Shown here: positions 1 through 9,219 of the stretch, piece after piece
Layout of the letters: the number at the start of each line of letters is the position of its first letter
Numbering within the stretch: position 1 is the stretch's first letter
NCBI GenBank assembly: GCA_964547705.1
Contig: CAZJOY010000001.1
Span: forward strand, 1 to 60,387
Length of the DNA stretch: 60,387 nt
Source: an uncultured Methylobacter sp.
Lineage (GTDB): Bacteria > Pseudomonadota > Gammaproteobacteria > Methylococcales > Methylomonadaceae
Direction: 5' to 3'
Notes under the pieces: generated by a model
What the model saw: only the letters and a program-made list of their open reading frames with translations
What the model was told of the DNA's origin: nothing
The model's database searches: none
Position numbers and translations under genes: made by a program

Positions 1-33
1 AAAGAATACCGTAAAACATACTGATGTCGGCAT
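1..33 (-). pseudogene. 5' end of a DUF4160-family (putative TA toxin) gene, apparently frameshifted; runs off the window
   Basis: Minus strand reads agggggtttttATGCCGACATCAGTATGTTTTACGGTATTCTT. Restoring one base at codon 3 gives MPTISMFYGIL, the typical DUF4160 N-terminus. Only 33 nt are visible. Confidence 0.5.
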
Positions 34-228
34 AAAAACCCCCTAAAAAAATAAGATGGTCAATTATAGCCCAGACAATAAGCTAGAATTAATGGGTTTG
101 CCAATTTAACATGGAAACTATTGTTCGCGGTGAAAAGGGAAAGTGGTGCGACGCCCTATCCAGCTTATTTTAAACTTTCATTCGAGCCTGACCCTATTGG
201 TTCCACCTTACAGCGCAGCTCAATATAA

Positions 229-272
229 ACCGTGAAATGTCGGGCAACGAAAAGAGGCTGTCCGACCTACCC
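229..272 (-). repeat. GTAG-family REP-like palindrome, degenerate copy
   Basis: Minus strand GTAGGTCGGACAGC...GTTGCCCGAC. The first 24 plus-strand nt are identical to 956-979. Lies 2 bp after the stop codon of 275..709. Confidence 0.75.
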
Positions 273-274
273 AA

Positions 275-709
275 CTATGGCGCCAACCGTAGCACCGCAA
301 CAATTAAACCGCCAATCGCCAGCAATGTACCGAAGCTCCAACGCATCAACAGTTTTATTTCATGATGCAGCCCCATGATCTCCTGATGCTGCTGTTCAAA
401 CCTTTTGTCCACCTGTTCAAAACGCTTATTCATATCCAGCTGTATTTGCTCAAAGCGCTTATCCGCCTGTTCAAAGCGCTTATCCACCTGCTCAAAGCGT
501 TTATCCACCTGCTCAAAACGCTTTTCCATCTGCTTGAAGCCTTCAACCATCAGTTCCCGCTGATGTTTTAACTCCTCTTCCACGCGAATGGTCCTTTCAC
601 GCAAATCCAGCTCATAACGCACATTCGCATTTAACGTTTCCGGGGTTTCGGATAACGCTTTTTTGATGAGCCATTGAATTTGATCAATATCTTCTTGTGC
701 CAATGCCAT
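275..709 (-). CDS. Coiled-coil heptad-repeat protein with C-terminal membrane anchor (DUF1640/CCDC90-like)
   Basis: 144 aa ORF with six KRFEQ(VD) units and a hydrophobic C-terminus WSFGTLLAIGGLIVAVL; aagg RBS-like sequence upstream. Confidence 0.75.
   Translation of the reverse strand: MALAQEDIDQIQWLIKKALSETPETLNANVRYELDLRERTIRVEEELKHQRELMVEGFKQMEKRFEQVDKRFEQVDKRFEQADKRFEQIQLDMNKRFEQVDKRFEQQHQEIMGLHHEIKLLMRWSFGTLLAIGGLIVAVLRLAP
392..523 (-). repeat. Intragenic 21-bp tandem repeat encoding KRFEQVD
   Basis: Six KRFEQ copies at heptad spacing with one 11-residue interruption. Confidence 0.9.
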
Positions 710-839
710 TTTTATCGACCTTTTCTGACTGCTTCATAGACATTTTGAACTATAACATAATTTTATTTGACCGCTTTTTGTTTTCGCTTAGCTATCATCG
801 GATTTAACACAACCAGAATTATGAAAACCCAATTTGCAT

Positions 840-872
840 AAAAAAACCGCCCAAGGTTTCCCAAGGGCGGTT
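840..872 (-). terminator. Rho-independent terminator of the S-layer operon
   Basis: Stem aaccgccc (845-852) / gggcggtt (865-872) followed by a T run on the minus strand. Confidence 0.85.
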
Positions 873-910
873 CTGTTTAATTAGGGTTTGCGATCAATCC
901 GAAGATTGTT

Positions 911-943
911 CGCGTGGGCACGAACAGCATGTGCCCACCCTAC
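911..943 (-). repeat. GTAG-family REP-like palindrome, second type
   Basis: Minus strand GTAGG-GTGGGCAC-atgctgttc-GTGCCCAC-gcg. Confidence 0.75.
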
Positions 944-955
944 TTGGCTACATCG

Positions 956-999
956 ACCGTGAAATGTCGGGCAACGAAATGATGTTGCCCGACCTACCC
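956..999 (-). repeat. GTAG-family REP-like palindrome, intact copy
   Basis: Minus strand GTAG-GTCGGGCAAC-atcatttc-GTTGCCCGAC, a perfect 10-bp stem, 3 bp after the stop codon of 1003..4152. Confidence 0.8.
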
Positions 1000-1002
1000 G
1001 AC

Positions 1003-4000
1003 TTAGACGATAGTCAGGTCGCCACCAGTGATAGTGCTGTCGCTCAAGCTTGTGATACCAGTCAGCTTGATCAGCACGTCGGTCGCGCCCACACCAGCGG
1101 TAGCGTCAGTGATGTACACGTAGCTGTCGCCGCTATGTTCAAAGATCGCAAAATCACCAGCGGTAGTGGCGGTTGCCACTTCCACACCGGCAGCAACAGC
1201 GATGATCTTTTTAGCTAACGTGTCGTCAGCAACGTTGAACGTAGCGATACCTTCGGAATTGATTGCAGCGACTGTAGAAGACGCGGTGCCGCTCTGACTG
1301 ATGGTCAGCGCAGCAGGGCCGTCAATAATGTCGACACCTTTCGCGAAGTCAGTGATGCTATCGAAGTTAGTCGCAGATGGAGCACCAGTCGCTGTGTTAG
1401 CAAAAGTGTAGGTATCGGTACCCGCACCGCCAGTCATAACGTCAGCACCCACGCCACCCGTAATTGCATCATTACCTTCACCACCACTAATCACGTCAGC
1501 AAGGGCTGTACCGGTCAGAGCATCGGCTTTAGTACCACCCTTGATGACAACACCTTGCGTACCGACAAATGCAGTACCGACGAACGTGGTTTCACCAGTC
1601 AGCGCCGAAGCATCATAGGTTGCCAAGGCAGTGGTTGCTGCATTGACAGTATATGAAACTTTTTGAGCACCAGTAACGTTGACAGTGGTGATGTTTGCGC
1701 TGTTAGCAGCCGTGCCACCCGCCAAATCTACGATATAGCCTTCTTCACCGTTCGCATCAGTATCTGGATTGGTGGTTGTGTCACGGTCAAGAGCATTGAT
1801 GTTAATGATGTTGATACCAGCCAGATCAAATGAAATAGTACGTAGCGCATCGTTGGTAGCCAACTCAGCGTTCAACTTGATGTTGATCGTGTCACTGTTA
1901 GTGCCCGCACCGGTAGCACCTGTCATGCCAATAATATAATCCCAACCAGCACCAGCGTCGGCATCCAAGCGAGACTCAAAAGTCATACCGCTTGTAAAGC
2001 CGTTGATGGTTACATCAGCACCAAGGGCAGTGGTGACCTGAAGTGAGTTGTAACCGAGGTTGTTGATGGCCAGAGGACCAGCAGTCAACGCGTCTGTGAT
2101 ACGCAGAGCTTCAAAACCAGTAACCTTGGCAAGAACGGCATTATCAGCTGTATCGCCATCATCCAGATTAAGCGCTTCGGCAGCCACGATAGCCAGGACG
2201 TCGGTACCGTCGCCACCTTTGATCGAATCAGCAGTCGTCAACTCACCCGCTGCATCGGCAGTGGTCAGAACGTCATTGCCAGCTCCCAAGTCGATTGTGT
2301 AGTCGACAGCAGCTGTCGCCGTTACGGTATCGTTACCAGAACCAGTCGTAATAGATGTCGCAGTAGTCGTAGCGCCAGTAACCAATGTCAGGTTAGCAGT
2401 CGCAGCAGATGCACCCACAGTAACCACAGAAGCAGCAGTCGTCAGAGCCAGATCACCGCTACCAGTCACGTTAACAGTGGTTTCTGTGCCGGTAGAAGCA
2501 AGAACGATATCGCTATCGGTGCCGGCCGCAACAGTACCCGAAGTTGCAACGTTGATCGTGGTCACAGCCGCGCCATTAGCGTTAACAGTTACACCAGCAC
2601 CTGCGATGGTGCCCATGTCTGTAACAGTGATGCTATGAGCGGTGTCAGTCGTAGTGCTAACAAGGGTAATAGTTTCGGCATCTGTCATTCCCTTCAGCTC
2701 AAAGTTAACAGCTGCCGCAGCAGTAAAAGTTTGAGCTGTCGTAGCATTGTCAAACTTCAATGTCGTCAGATCGGCGTATGAGCTGAAGTCAGTGGTAGTT
2801 GTGAAATTAATCAAATCAAAAACTTCCACACCAGAAATCGTCGGGATATCTGTCGCACCTGCACCGTCGAATAGTTTGAAAGTATCGGTACCGCCGCTAC
2901 CATTGACTTGGTCACCGGTAGAAGCAGAAGCAGCTTCAGCGAGGATGGTATCGTTACCGGTAGTGCCGGGAACGTTATCAATAGAGGTAGTCAGTGTGTA
3001 GGTTGTTCCAGAACCAGTACCGCTGGTTGGATCGGTGATCAAACCTGTTTTGCTAGAAACCACAGCAAAACTCGAATCTAACAGAGAGGTTTTATAACCT
3101 TCCAAGCCTTCGCTTGAACCATCGTTAACGATAGTTTGAACAACAGTTTGAGCAGTTGATGTTCCAGCAGCGAACGTCACTGTTTGTGACGCTGGTGAAA
3201 AATCAGCGGCCGCGCCTGCAGTTGCTACACCACCCACAGTGTCACCGATTGTGCTTAAGGTAAAAGTATAAGCTTTGTCGGTAATACCACTTGGTGTAAC
3301 GGTATAAGTAATAGTGGTACCTTCTTCATTCGCCGCACCCGCAACCGCATTAGAAGTCAGCGTGAAAGTTGGTGCTGCAGGATCAGCAAAAGCTGTAACT
3401 GCAACAGCATTAGCACCCAATGAGGTACCGGTGCTTGGTGAAGTCAAAGTCAAGCTTGCGCCTTCGCCTGTTTCTGTATTGGCATCAAATGTAACAGGAA
3501 CAGTAATAGTTGCTGTAGTGGCACCCGCTGCAAAAGTCAACGTAGTCGCTGTTGATGTAACATTAGTGCCTGACACAACTGCTGTACCGGTATCGGTGCC
3601 AAGAACTGCACCACCAGTGCCAGCCAATGCATAGTTAACAGTAGTCGCAGTACCTTGCGCTGCGCTTAAGGTAACTGTAAAAGTGGCATTGCCGCCTTCA
3701 GTTACGCTTGTAGCTCCCGCAGCTACTGAGAAAGTAGGTGTAGTAGTAGTAGAAGGTGTTTTAACAGTGGTATCAATTGTAGTCGGTGTTACAACAGCAG
3801 CCGTAGCACCCACAGTAGTGCCACCCAACGTCATCACACCGCTTGTCAGCTTCGCTTGAGCAGTACCATCGGTGAAAGTCAACGCAGTACCGTCAGCATC
3901 GCCTTGAACAGGTACAGTAGCCACCAAAGTAGTGCCATCGGTAGCGTAAACCTTGATTTGGTTACCGGCTTGGACGAATTTGAAACTTGAAACTGAACCT

Positions 4001-4152
4001 GAAAGCAACACTTTTTCGGTGTTTTGATCTAATATAGTACCGGTTACGCCCGCTGCGATGGTAATTGACTCAGTTCCTGTAGAACCGAATACCGATACAT
4101 TGTTGTTGCTGATGGTAATGCTATCAGCTGGATCAAGAAAAATCTTAGCCAT
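1003..4152 (-). CDS. S-layer/RTX surface protein, RsaA-like beta-helix with Calx-beta/Ig-like modules, T1SS substrate
   Basis: 1049 aa, very rich in Thr/Ala/Gly, no Cys, no Sec signal. GGxGxD nonapeptides (GGEGNDAITGGVGADVMTGGAGTDTY), SVTEGGNATFTVTLS Calx-like motif and a C-terminal DSITDF...DVLIKLTG secretion-type domain. Confidence 0.85.
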   Translation of the reverse strand: MAKIFLDPADSITISNNNVSVFGSTGTESITIAAGVTGTILDQNTEKVLLSGSVSSFKFVQAGNQIKVYATDGTTLVATVPVQGDADGTALTFTDGTAQAKLTSGVMTLGGTTVGATAAVVTPTTIDTTVKTPSTTTTPTFSVAAGATSVTEGGNATFTVTLSAAQGTATTVNYALAGTGGAVLGTDTGTAVVSGTNVTSTATTLTFAAGATTATITVPVTFDANTETGEGASLTLTSPSTGTSLGANAVAVTAFADPAAPTFTLTSNAVAGAANEEGTTITYTVTPSGITDKAYTFTLSTIGDTVGGVATAGAAADFSPASQTVTFAAGTSTAQTVVQTIVNDGSSEGLEGYKTSLLDSSFAVVSSKTGLITDPTSGTGSGTTYTLTTSIDNVPGTTGNDTILAEAASASTGDQVNGSGGTDTFKLFDGAGATDIPTISGVEVFDLINFTTTTDFSSYADLTTLKFDNATTAQTFTAAAAVNFELKGMTDAETITLVSTTTDTAHSITVTDMGTIAGAGVTVNANGAAVTTINVATSGTVAAGTDSDIVLASTGTETTVNVTGSGDLALTTAASVVTVGASAATANLTLVTGATTTATSITTGSGNDTVTATAAVDYTIDLGAGNDVLTTADAAGELTTADSIKGGDGTDVLAIVAAEALNLDDGDTADNAVLAKVTGFEALRITDALTAGPLAINNLGYNSLQVTTALGADVTINGFTSGMTFESRLDADAGAGWDYIIGMTGATGAGTNSDTINIKLNAELATNDALRTISFDLAGINIININALDRDTTTNPDTDANGEEGYIVDLAGGTAANSANITTVNVTGAQKVSYTVNAATTALATYDASALTGETTFVGTAFVGTQGVVIKGGTKADALTGTALADVISGGEGNDAITGGVGADVMTGGAGTDTYTFANTATGAPSATNFDSITDFAKGVDIIDGPAALTISQSGTASSTVAAINSEGIATFNVADDTLAKKIIAVAAGVEVATATTAGDFAIFEHSGDSYVYITDATAGVGATDVLIKLTGITSLSDSTITGGDLTIV

Positions 4153-4180
4153 AATATATTAACTCCAAAGGAAAAATTAT

Positions 4181-4217
4181 TTGTCAGCCGAAATTATATC
4201 AGCTAACAATCGGGTTT
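4181..4217 (-). promoter_or_regulatory. Intercistronic RNA hairpin preceded by AAACCCGA
   Basis: Minus strand AAACCCGA-TTGTTAGCTGA-tataatt-TCGGCTGACAA, 11 bp with two G-U pairs. Confidence 0.6.
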
Positions 4218-4238
4218 TACTAAAACTCAAGCGGTACA

Positions 4239-4934
4239 TTAAAAAATGGTGCCTGTTCCAAATACGGTGTTAAAGTCAGTTATTGAATTTAAACTACCAT
4301 CCTGCGAGGTCAGACCGGTCAGAGTGATTTCCATCTGATTGCCGCTCTTCGCCCACTGCACAACGACAGAACCGTCCGTGAAACTATCGTTAATTACCGT
4401 TGGCGAATTTCCAGCCGGAAAGCCGATTTTATCGCCCGCGCCAAAACCGGTGATGGTATAGCTGTAGTTACCTGTAGCAACATTGAAGGTTACATTGCCC
4501 CCAGCCGCACTACCGGTACCTGCCGCCGAAACCGCCACGGTGTTTCCTCCTGACGGACCTAACGTCGGCGCTACTATGCCGGCATTAGGAGTTACGGTAG
4601 ATCCTCCTAGTTTCATCACTCCACTACTTAGAATTGCCGGAGCGGAGCCATCGGAGAAGTCTATCCCTGTACCGTCGGCATCGCCTTGAACTGGAATAGT
4701 CGCCAGTAAAGTGCTGCCGGTGCTGTCGTAGACCTTAACCTGATTACCTGCCTGAGCAAATTTGTAGGTAGAAGATGCACCTGGCAAGACTACATTCTCG
4801 GTGTTTTGGTCAAATACAGTCCCAGTCACCCCCGTATCCACGGTGACAGACTCTCTGCCTGAAGAACCGTACACGGAAACGTTATTGCTACTGACTTTAA
4901 AGCTATCACCTGCATCAAGAAAGACTTTAGCCAT
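4239..4934 (-). CDS. Small two-domain S-layer-associated protein (N-domain of 1003..4152 fused to C-domain of 5020..9219)
   Basis: MAKVFLDAGDSFKVSSNNVSVYGSSG aligns with MAKIFLDPADSITISNNNVSVFGSTG; the C-terminus ...SLNSITDFNTVFGTGTIF aligns with ...SLNSLTDFATVFGAGTIF. Confidence 0.85.
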   Translation of the reverse strand: MAKVFLDAGDSFKVSSNNVSVYGSSGRESVTVDTGVTGTVFDQNTENVVLPGASSTYKFAQAGNQVKVYDSTGSTLLATIPVQGDADGTGIDFSDGSAPAILSSGVMKLGGSTVTPNAGIVAPTLGPSGGNTVAVSAAGTGSAAGGNVTFNVATGNYSYTITGFGAGDKIGFPAGNSPTVINDSFTDGSVVVQWAKSGNQMEITLTGLTSQDGSLNSITDFNTVFGTGTIF

Positions 4935-4964
4935 TTTAAAATTACCCCTATAAACTTTTATTCA

Positions 4965-4999
4965 TGCTTGCCGGATAACTCCGGCAAGCACTCGGGTTT
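4965..4999 (-). promoter_or_regulatory. Intercistronic RNA hairpin preceded by AAACCCGA
   Basis: Perfect 11-bp stem tgcttgccgga (4965-4975) / tccggcaagca (4980-4990) with no U-tract. Confidence 0.7.
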
Positions 5000-5019
5000 C
5001 CTAACTTACAAAGCTACCT

Positions 5020-8000
5020 TTAGAAAATGGTACCTGCTCCAAATACAGTAGCAAAATCAGTTAAGGAGTTCAGGCTTTGATCCTGTGCAGTAGTCAAACC
5101 AGTCAACGAGATAGTTACCACGTTGCCGTTTGATGCCCACTGTAGGTCTACAGCATTGTCGACGAAGCTGACATTGTTAACTGTTGCATCGGCACCCGCT
5201 GGGAAGTCGATCTTGTCGCCTGCAGCAAAACCGCCACTGATAGTGTAAGCGTAGTTACCGGCAGTAACAGTAAAAGTATCAACAGCCGCAGTTGCTGCAC
5301 TGGTACCTGCTGCAGTGACTGCAACGTTGTTACCAGCTGGAGCGTCAGCAAAATCAACTACCAAGTTAGCTTTGGTTGCGCCAACTGCTGCCAAACCTTT
5401 AGTAAAGCTAGCTGCAGGCAGTGCGACTGTCAGGTTTGCAACGTCATTGGCATTCGCATGAGCTGTTGCCGCACCAGTCAAACTTAAAGTTGCGGTTGTA
5501 GACGATGCGATAACTAATGATGCAGTTAAACCAGCTGGTACACCGCTTACTAATCCTGCTGCGATGTCTGTACCTACCGCGCCAGTGAAAGTATCACCAG
5601 TCAGTGTCAGAGTTAACGTATTACCAATAGTTCCATCATTTGCTGCTGCTTCGGTAAATGTACCTGCTGAGTAAGTGATAGTTCCTGAAGTTACAGGAGC
5701 AACCAGTGGAGATGGACCATCAATACGGAAATAGTTTTCGATTGATGAATCAACAAAGTTTGCGGTCGACAACGAACTCCAAGCAGTGTCCGCTAAGTCA
5801 ATCGAACCTTGCAGTGTCGCTGTGCTGCCAGCTGCACCTGCACCATCAACATTAGTGTAAACCTTACCTACATTATGCGAGTCTACAGCGATATATACTT
5901 GCGTTCTTTCTGCAGTATCGCCAGAGTTACCGTACAGTGCAGCAATTTCAGCAGCTGTATCGTTAGCAGTAGTTTGATCAACGATTGTGATCGAACTATT
6001 TGCTGTGTTTAGCGTATTGTAGAATCCCGAGTAATTCACGCCACCGATGGCTTTTAGATCGAAATGATCTGCGCCGATTCTTGGTGTGAAAGTAACGAAA
6101 TCTACTAATGCTGGAGTAAAGTTTACTACTACGTCGTTACCAAAAGCTGCTTCATACTTAACGGTTTCATTACTTGATGTAACTGTATCGAAGATACCTT
6201 GGAAACCGCCTTCAGTAGTACCCAGAACGATAATGTCATTATCAGATCCTGGTGTTACCAAGTTGTCGCTGCTCGAAAGACTTGCAGCACCGGTGATGCT
6301 GGTATTAGTGTCTAAAATACCATCAGCATTGGTGTCGACCGCAGGACCAGTAGTTGCCATTGCTGTAACATAGTCGCCCGTTGTGTCGGCTGTACCGGCA
6401 ATGTTGAATGCTGTAGTGCTTGCAGCTGCTGCATCCATTGCTGTACGTACTGTAGCTTCGGTTGGTGTAGCAATACCATAAGCCTTGCCAGCACCGCTTA
6501 CTTCTTCAGCAGATAATGCACCTGTTGGCGATGTAATAGATACAGTCAAGTTAGTTGCATTCATAACGCCATCGATCAATGACTTAACTACCAAGCTGTC
6601 GGCAGGGCCATCTTCAGCGATCAACAACTTGTTCAGTGTTGCATCGTTGTTGATTGCGTTTTTGATTGCTTGGTTGATTTGCAGGTCGCTAGTTTTGTAG
6701 CCAGTGCTATCAATAACAATCTTGGCAGAAGGAAGACCTTTAAACGTTACGGTCAGCTCACCTTTGTACAGGTTGTAACTGTCGTTGTTATCCGAACGCA
6801 AGTCGTTGATGTCACGTACTAATGCACCGATATTGAACTGGTCTTCAGTGTTGAAAGCCCAAATTGCCTTGACATTTGATGTAATCGATGGCGTTGTAGT
6901 ACCTGCATTGTTCGATGGATTTACCGCACCATGAGTCTGTACAGTTTGGACACCAGTGTTATCAGTATAAATAACATCGTTGCCAGCACCGCCGTTGATT
7001 GTTACATCACCAGCACCTGGTTTACGGATAGTATCGTTACCTGCACCACCGTTTATAGTGATGTTGTTGTTCAAATCTTGGTTGTTGTACCAATCTTGGT
7101 AACCGCCATAATTTGTGAAACCATCATTAATTGTGCCATCATTGGTCAGGTCGTTAACTACTCTGACAGTGATGTTATCGTTGCCTGCGCCGCCATCAGC
7201 TTTGAAGCTGAAGTCTTCACGACCGGCAAGCACTCTGCTACGGCTTCCAGCAACAGCTGAATCAATATCAACAACCATCGTGTCATCGTTAGTACCGCCC
7301 AGATATTCAACGCCAACAGTTGTTGGAGAGTTAATCGCACCAGGAGATACTTCAGTTTTATAGTTGTTGTCAGTTGCTGGGTTACCTTGTGTGTCGTTCA
7401 AGTCAAGGTATTTAGCAATCGCACGCTCAGTCAGTTCTGCAGTGAAGCTTAATTTGCCTGTCATTGCAGTTGCATCGATCAGACGAACATCGGAGAAGCC
7501 GTATGCATTGTGTTGATCGCCGCCGTTTACAGTTTCTGTACCTGGCAATGCCGCATCAATTGAAGAGCCGCCTGAAGTATTGTTGCTGTTGCTTACTGCG
7601 CTAGTCGTAGTAAATTCGCCAGCAACTGTCAGGTTACCTTTGTCTTTTGTAGTTGGAACGTAAGGCGTTACATTGTGGTGATCGGTAGCACCGTTTTTGA
7701 TCGAAACTTCACGCAATGTGTTATTGGTAGAGTTGATTGTTTGCAGCTTGCTGTTATCTTGAACTTCGATTTCAAAACGTTGAACACCTTTTGACAATGA
7801 AGTATCGCCAACTGACAGACCGCCAACAACCAGATCGCCACCCAGACTGCCACGACCCACGTCGTCCAGAATGATTTTGCTGGTAACCAGATCAGTATTG
7901 CTAGAGCCATCTTGTGTTACTTTGGTGTGCAAACTAGAATCTGAAGGTGATGTACCTGATGCCACCCAGCCTGCGCCTGCGCCGAATTTACTGATAGTAT

Positions 8001-9219
8001 GTGATGAACCGGCATTTAATTGAATTGTAGTACCAGTCTGTGCCTTACCAGTGTTTGTATCGTAAGCTGTAAATGCTGACCCCAGAGTTGCAGTAACAAC
8101 ACCTTTTAATGAAGGCTGTGCATCAATTGCAGCTTGAAAAGCATCTTTCAAATCTGCATAAGTTTTAGCTGCAAGAATTGCAGGTGAACGCAGAGTAACA
8201 AGAACACCATTCGCATAGAAAGAATAACCGTCATAGGTGTTATTTAACAACGGACCAGTTCCTAACTCGTTACTACGCGAGTCCATCAATTCCAGATTGA
8301 TACTTGTGTTGCTGTTAGATTGCGCGCGCAGAGAGTATTGGTCAAAGTACACACCATAATCGACATGACCTGGATCGGTCTCTCTCATCGTAATAGTGAT
8401 ATCTTTAGTGATTTGATTGTCTTGAATACGCACGTCTTCAATCAACAAATCAGCACGACTGTTGTTTGATTCCCATTGAGTCACACCTGACATACGTTGA
8501 GCATCAATCTGCACTTCGTTAGTTCTGGATGTGTTGTTATCTGTAGAATCAAATGATACAGCTTGAGCACGGAAAGCTGCGTTTTCTACGTTAGTAGTTT
8601 CGGGCGTAATAGCAAAATTTTGAGAATTACCGACATCTGCCTTTAAGCTGTCGTTACCGGCGCCGCCGTCGATTTTGTCGCCAGATTGCAAGGTATTGCT
8701 GTTATCAACAATATTTGCTGTAAAAACGTTGTCCTTTACGTTACCGACGAGTGAATCCAAACCTGTACCAAGTCTGAACTCAACTGTACCTATAGTAGTA
8801 TCTAAACTGCCTGGTTGTTTAGCATAATTTTCAGCATTAGCTAATGAAGCGTTCCATGCGGTTGCTGCAGCACCAAATGTTGCATCACCAGTCAACCCAG
8901 AAAATAGGCCGACCATATCATCAATCAGGGCGCCACGAACTGTATAATCAACTGCATCTAACTGAGAAGTTATATAGTCTTTCGCTGCGGCGATAGCTGC
9001 GGTGCCAGTAATACCCAAGTTGGCAATCAGTACGTCAGCAACTGCAGCTGTCGATGCTGTGCCTACACTGTTGCTGTAAACAGTGTTTAAAAGGGCATCC
9101 GGGTTTAAACCTGCCAGTTGTGTATAGCCAGTCATGCTGGCATTGCCAAGCGTAACGCCATACAACGCACCTGCGTTACGGGCAAGAATTGTTGGAGTTG
9201 AAACTAATGTAAAGGCCAT
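5020..9219 (-). CDS. Large S-layer protein with helical N-terminal (probable LPS-anchoring) domain and RTX repeats, T1SS substrate
   Basis: 1399 aa, no Cys, no signal peptide. Ala-rich helical N-terminal ~130 aa; TLQSGDKIDGGAGNDSL and several GGAGND repeats as in RsaA/SapA-type proteins; strong AGGAG RBS. Confidence 0.85.
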   Translation of the reverse strand: MAFTLVSTPTILARNAGALYGVTLGNASMTGYTQLAGLNPDALLNTVYSNSVGTASTAAVADVLIANLGITGTAAIAAAKDYITSQLDAVDYTVRGALIDDMVGLFSGLTGDATFGAAATAWNASLANAENYAKQPGSLDTTIGTVEFRLGTGLDSLVGNVKDNVFTANIVDNSNTLQSGDKIDGGAGNDSLKADVGNSQNFAITPETTNVENAAFRAQAVSFDSTDNNTSRTNEVQIDAQRMSGVTQWESNNSRADLLIEDVRIQDNQITKDITITMRETDPGHVDYGVYFDQYSLRAQSNSNTSINLELMDSRSNELGTGPLLNNTYDGYSFYANGVLVTLRSPAILAAKTYADLKDAFQAAIDAQPSLKGVVTATLGSAFTAYDTNTGKAQTGTTIQLNAGSSHTISKFGAGAGWVASGTSPSDSSLHTKVTQDGSSNTDLVTSKIILDDVGRGSLGGDLVVGGLSVGDTSLSKGVQRFEIEVQDNSKLQTINSTNNTLREVSIKNGATDHHNVTPYVPTTKDKGNLTVAGEFTTTSAVSNSNNTSGGSSIDAALPGTETVNGGDQHNAYGFSDVRLIDATAMTGKLSFTAELTERAIAKYLDLNDTQGNPATDNNYKTEVSPGAINSPTTVGVEYLGGTNDDTMVVDIDSAVAGSRSRVLAGREDFSFKADGGAGNDNITVRVVNDLTNDGTINDGFTNYGGYQDWYNNQDLNNNITINGGAGNDTIRKPGAGDVTINGGAGNDVIYTDNTGVQTVQTHGAVNPSNNAGTTTPSITSNVKAIWAFNTEDQFNIGALVRDINDLRSDNNDSYNLYKGELTVTFKGLPSAKIVIDSTGYKTSDLQINQAIKNAINNDATLNKLLIAEDGPADSLVVKSLIDGVMNATNLTVSITSPTGALSAEEVSGAGKAYGIATPTEATVRTAMDAAAASTTAFNIAGTADTTGDYVTAMATTGPAVDTNADGILDTNTSITGAASLSSSDNLVTPGSDNDIIVLGTTEGGFQGIFDTVTSSNETVKYEAAFGNDVVVNFTPALVDFVTFTPRIGADHFDLKAIGGVNYSGFYNTLNTANSSITIVDQTTANDTAAEIAALYGNSGDTAERTQVYIAVDSHNVGKVYTNVDGAGAAGSTATLQGSIDLADTAWSSLSTANFVDSSIENYFRIDGPSPLVAPVTSGTITYSAGTFTEAAANDGTIGNTLTLTLTGDTFTGAVGTDIAAGLVSGVPAGLTASLVIASSTTATLSLTGAATAHANANDVANLTVALPAASFTKGLAAVGATKANLVVDFADAPAGNNVAVTAAGTSAATAAVDTFTVTAGNYAYTISGGFAAGDKIDFPAGADATVNNVSFVDNAVDLQWASNGNVVTISLTGLTTAQDQSLNSLTDFATVFGAGTIF

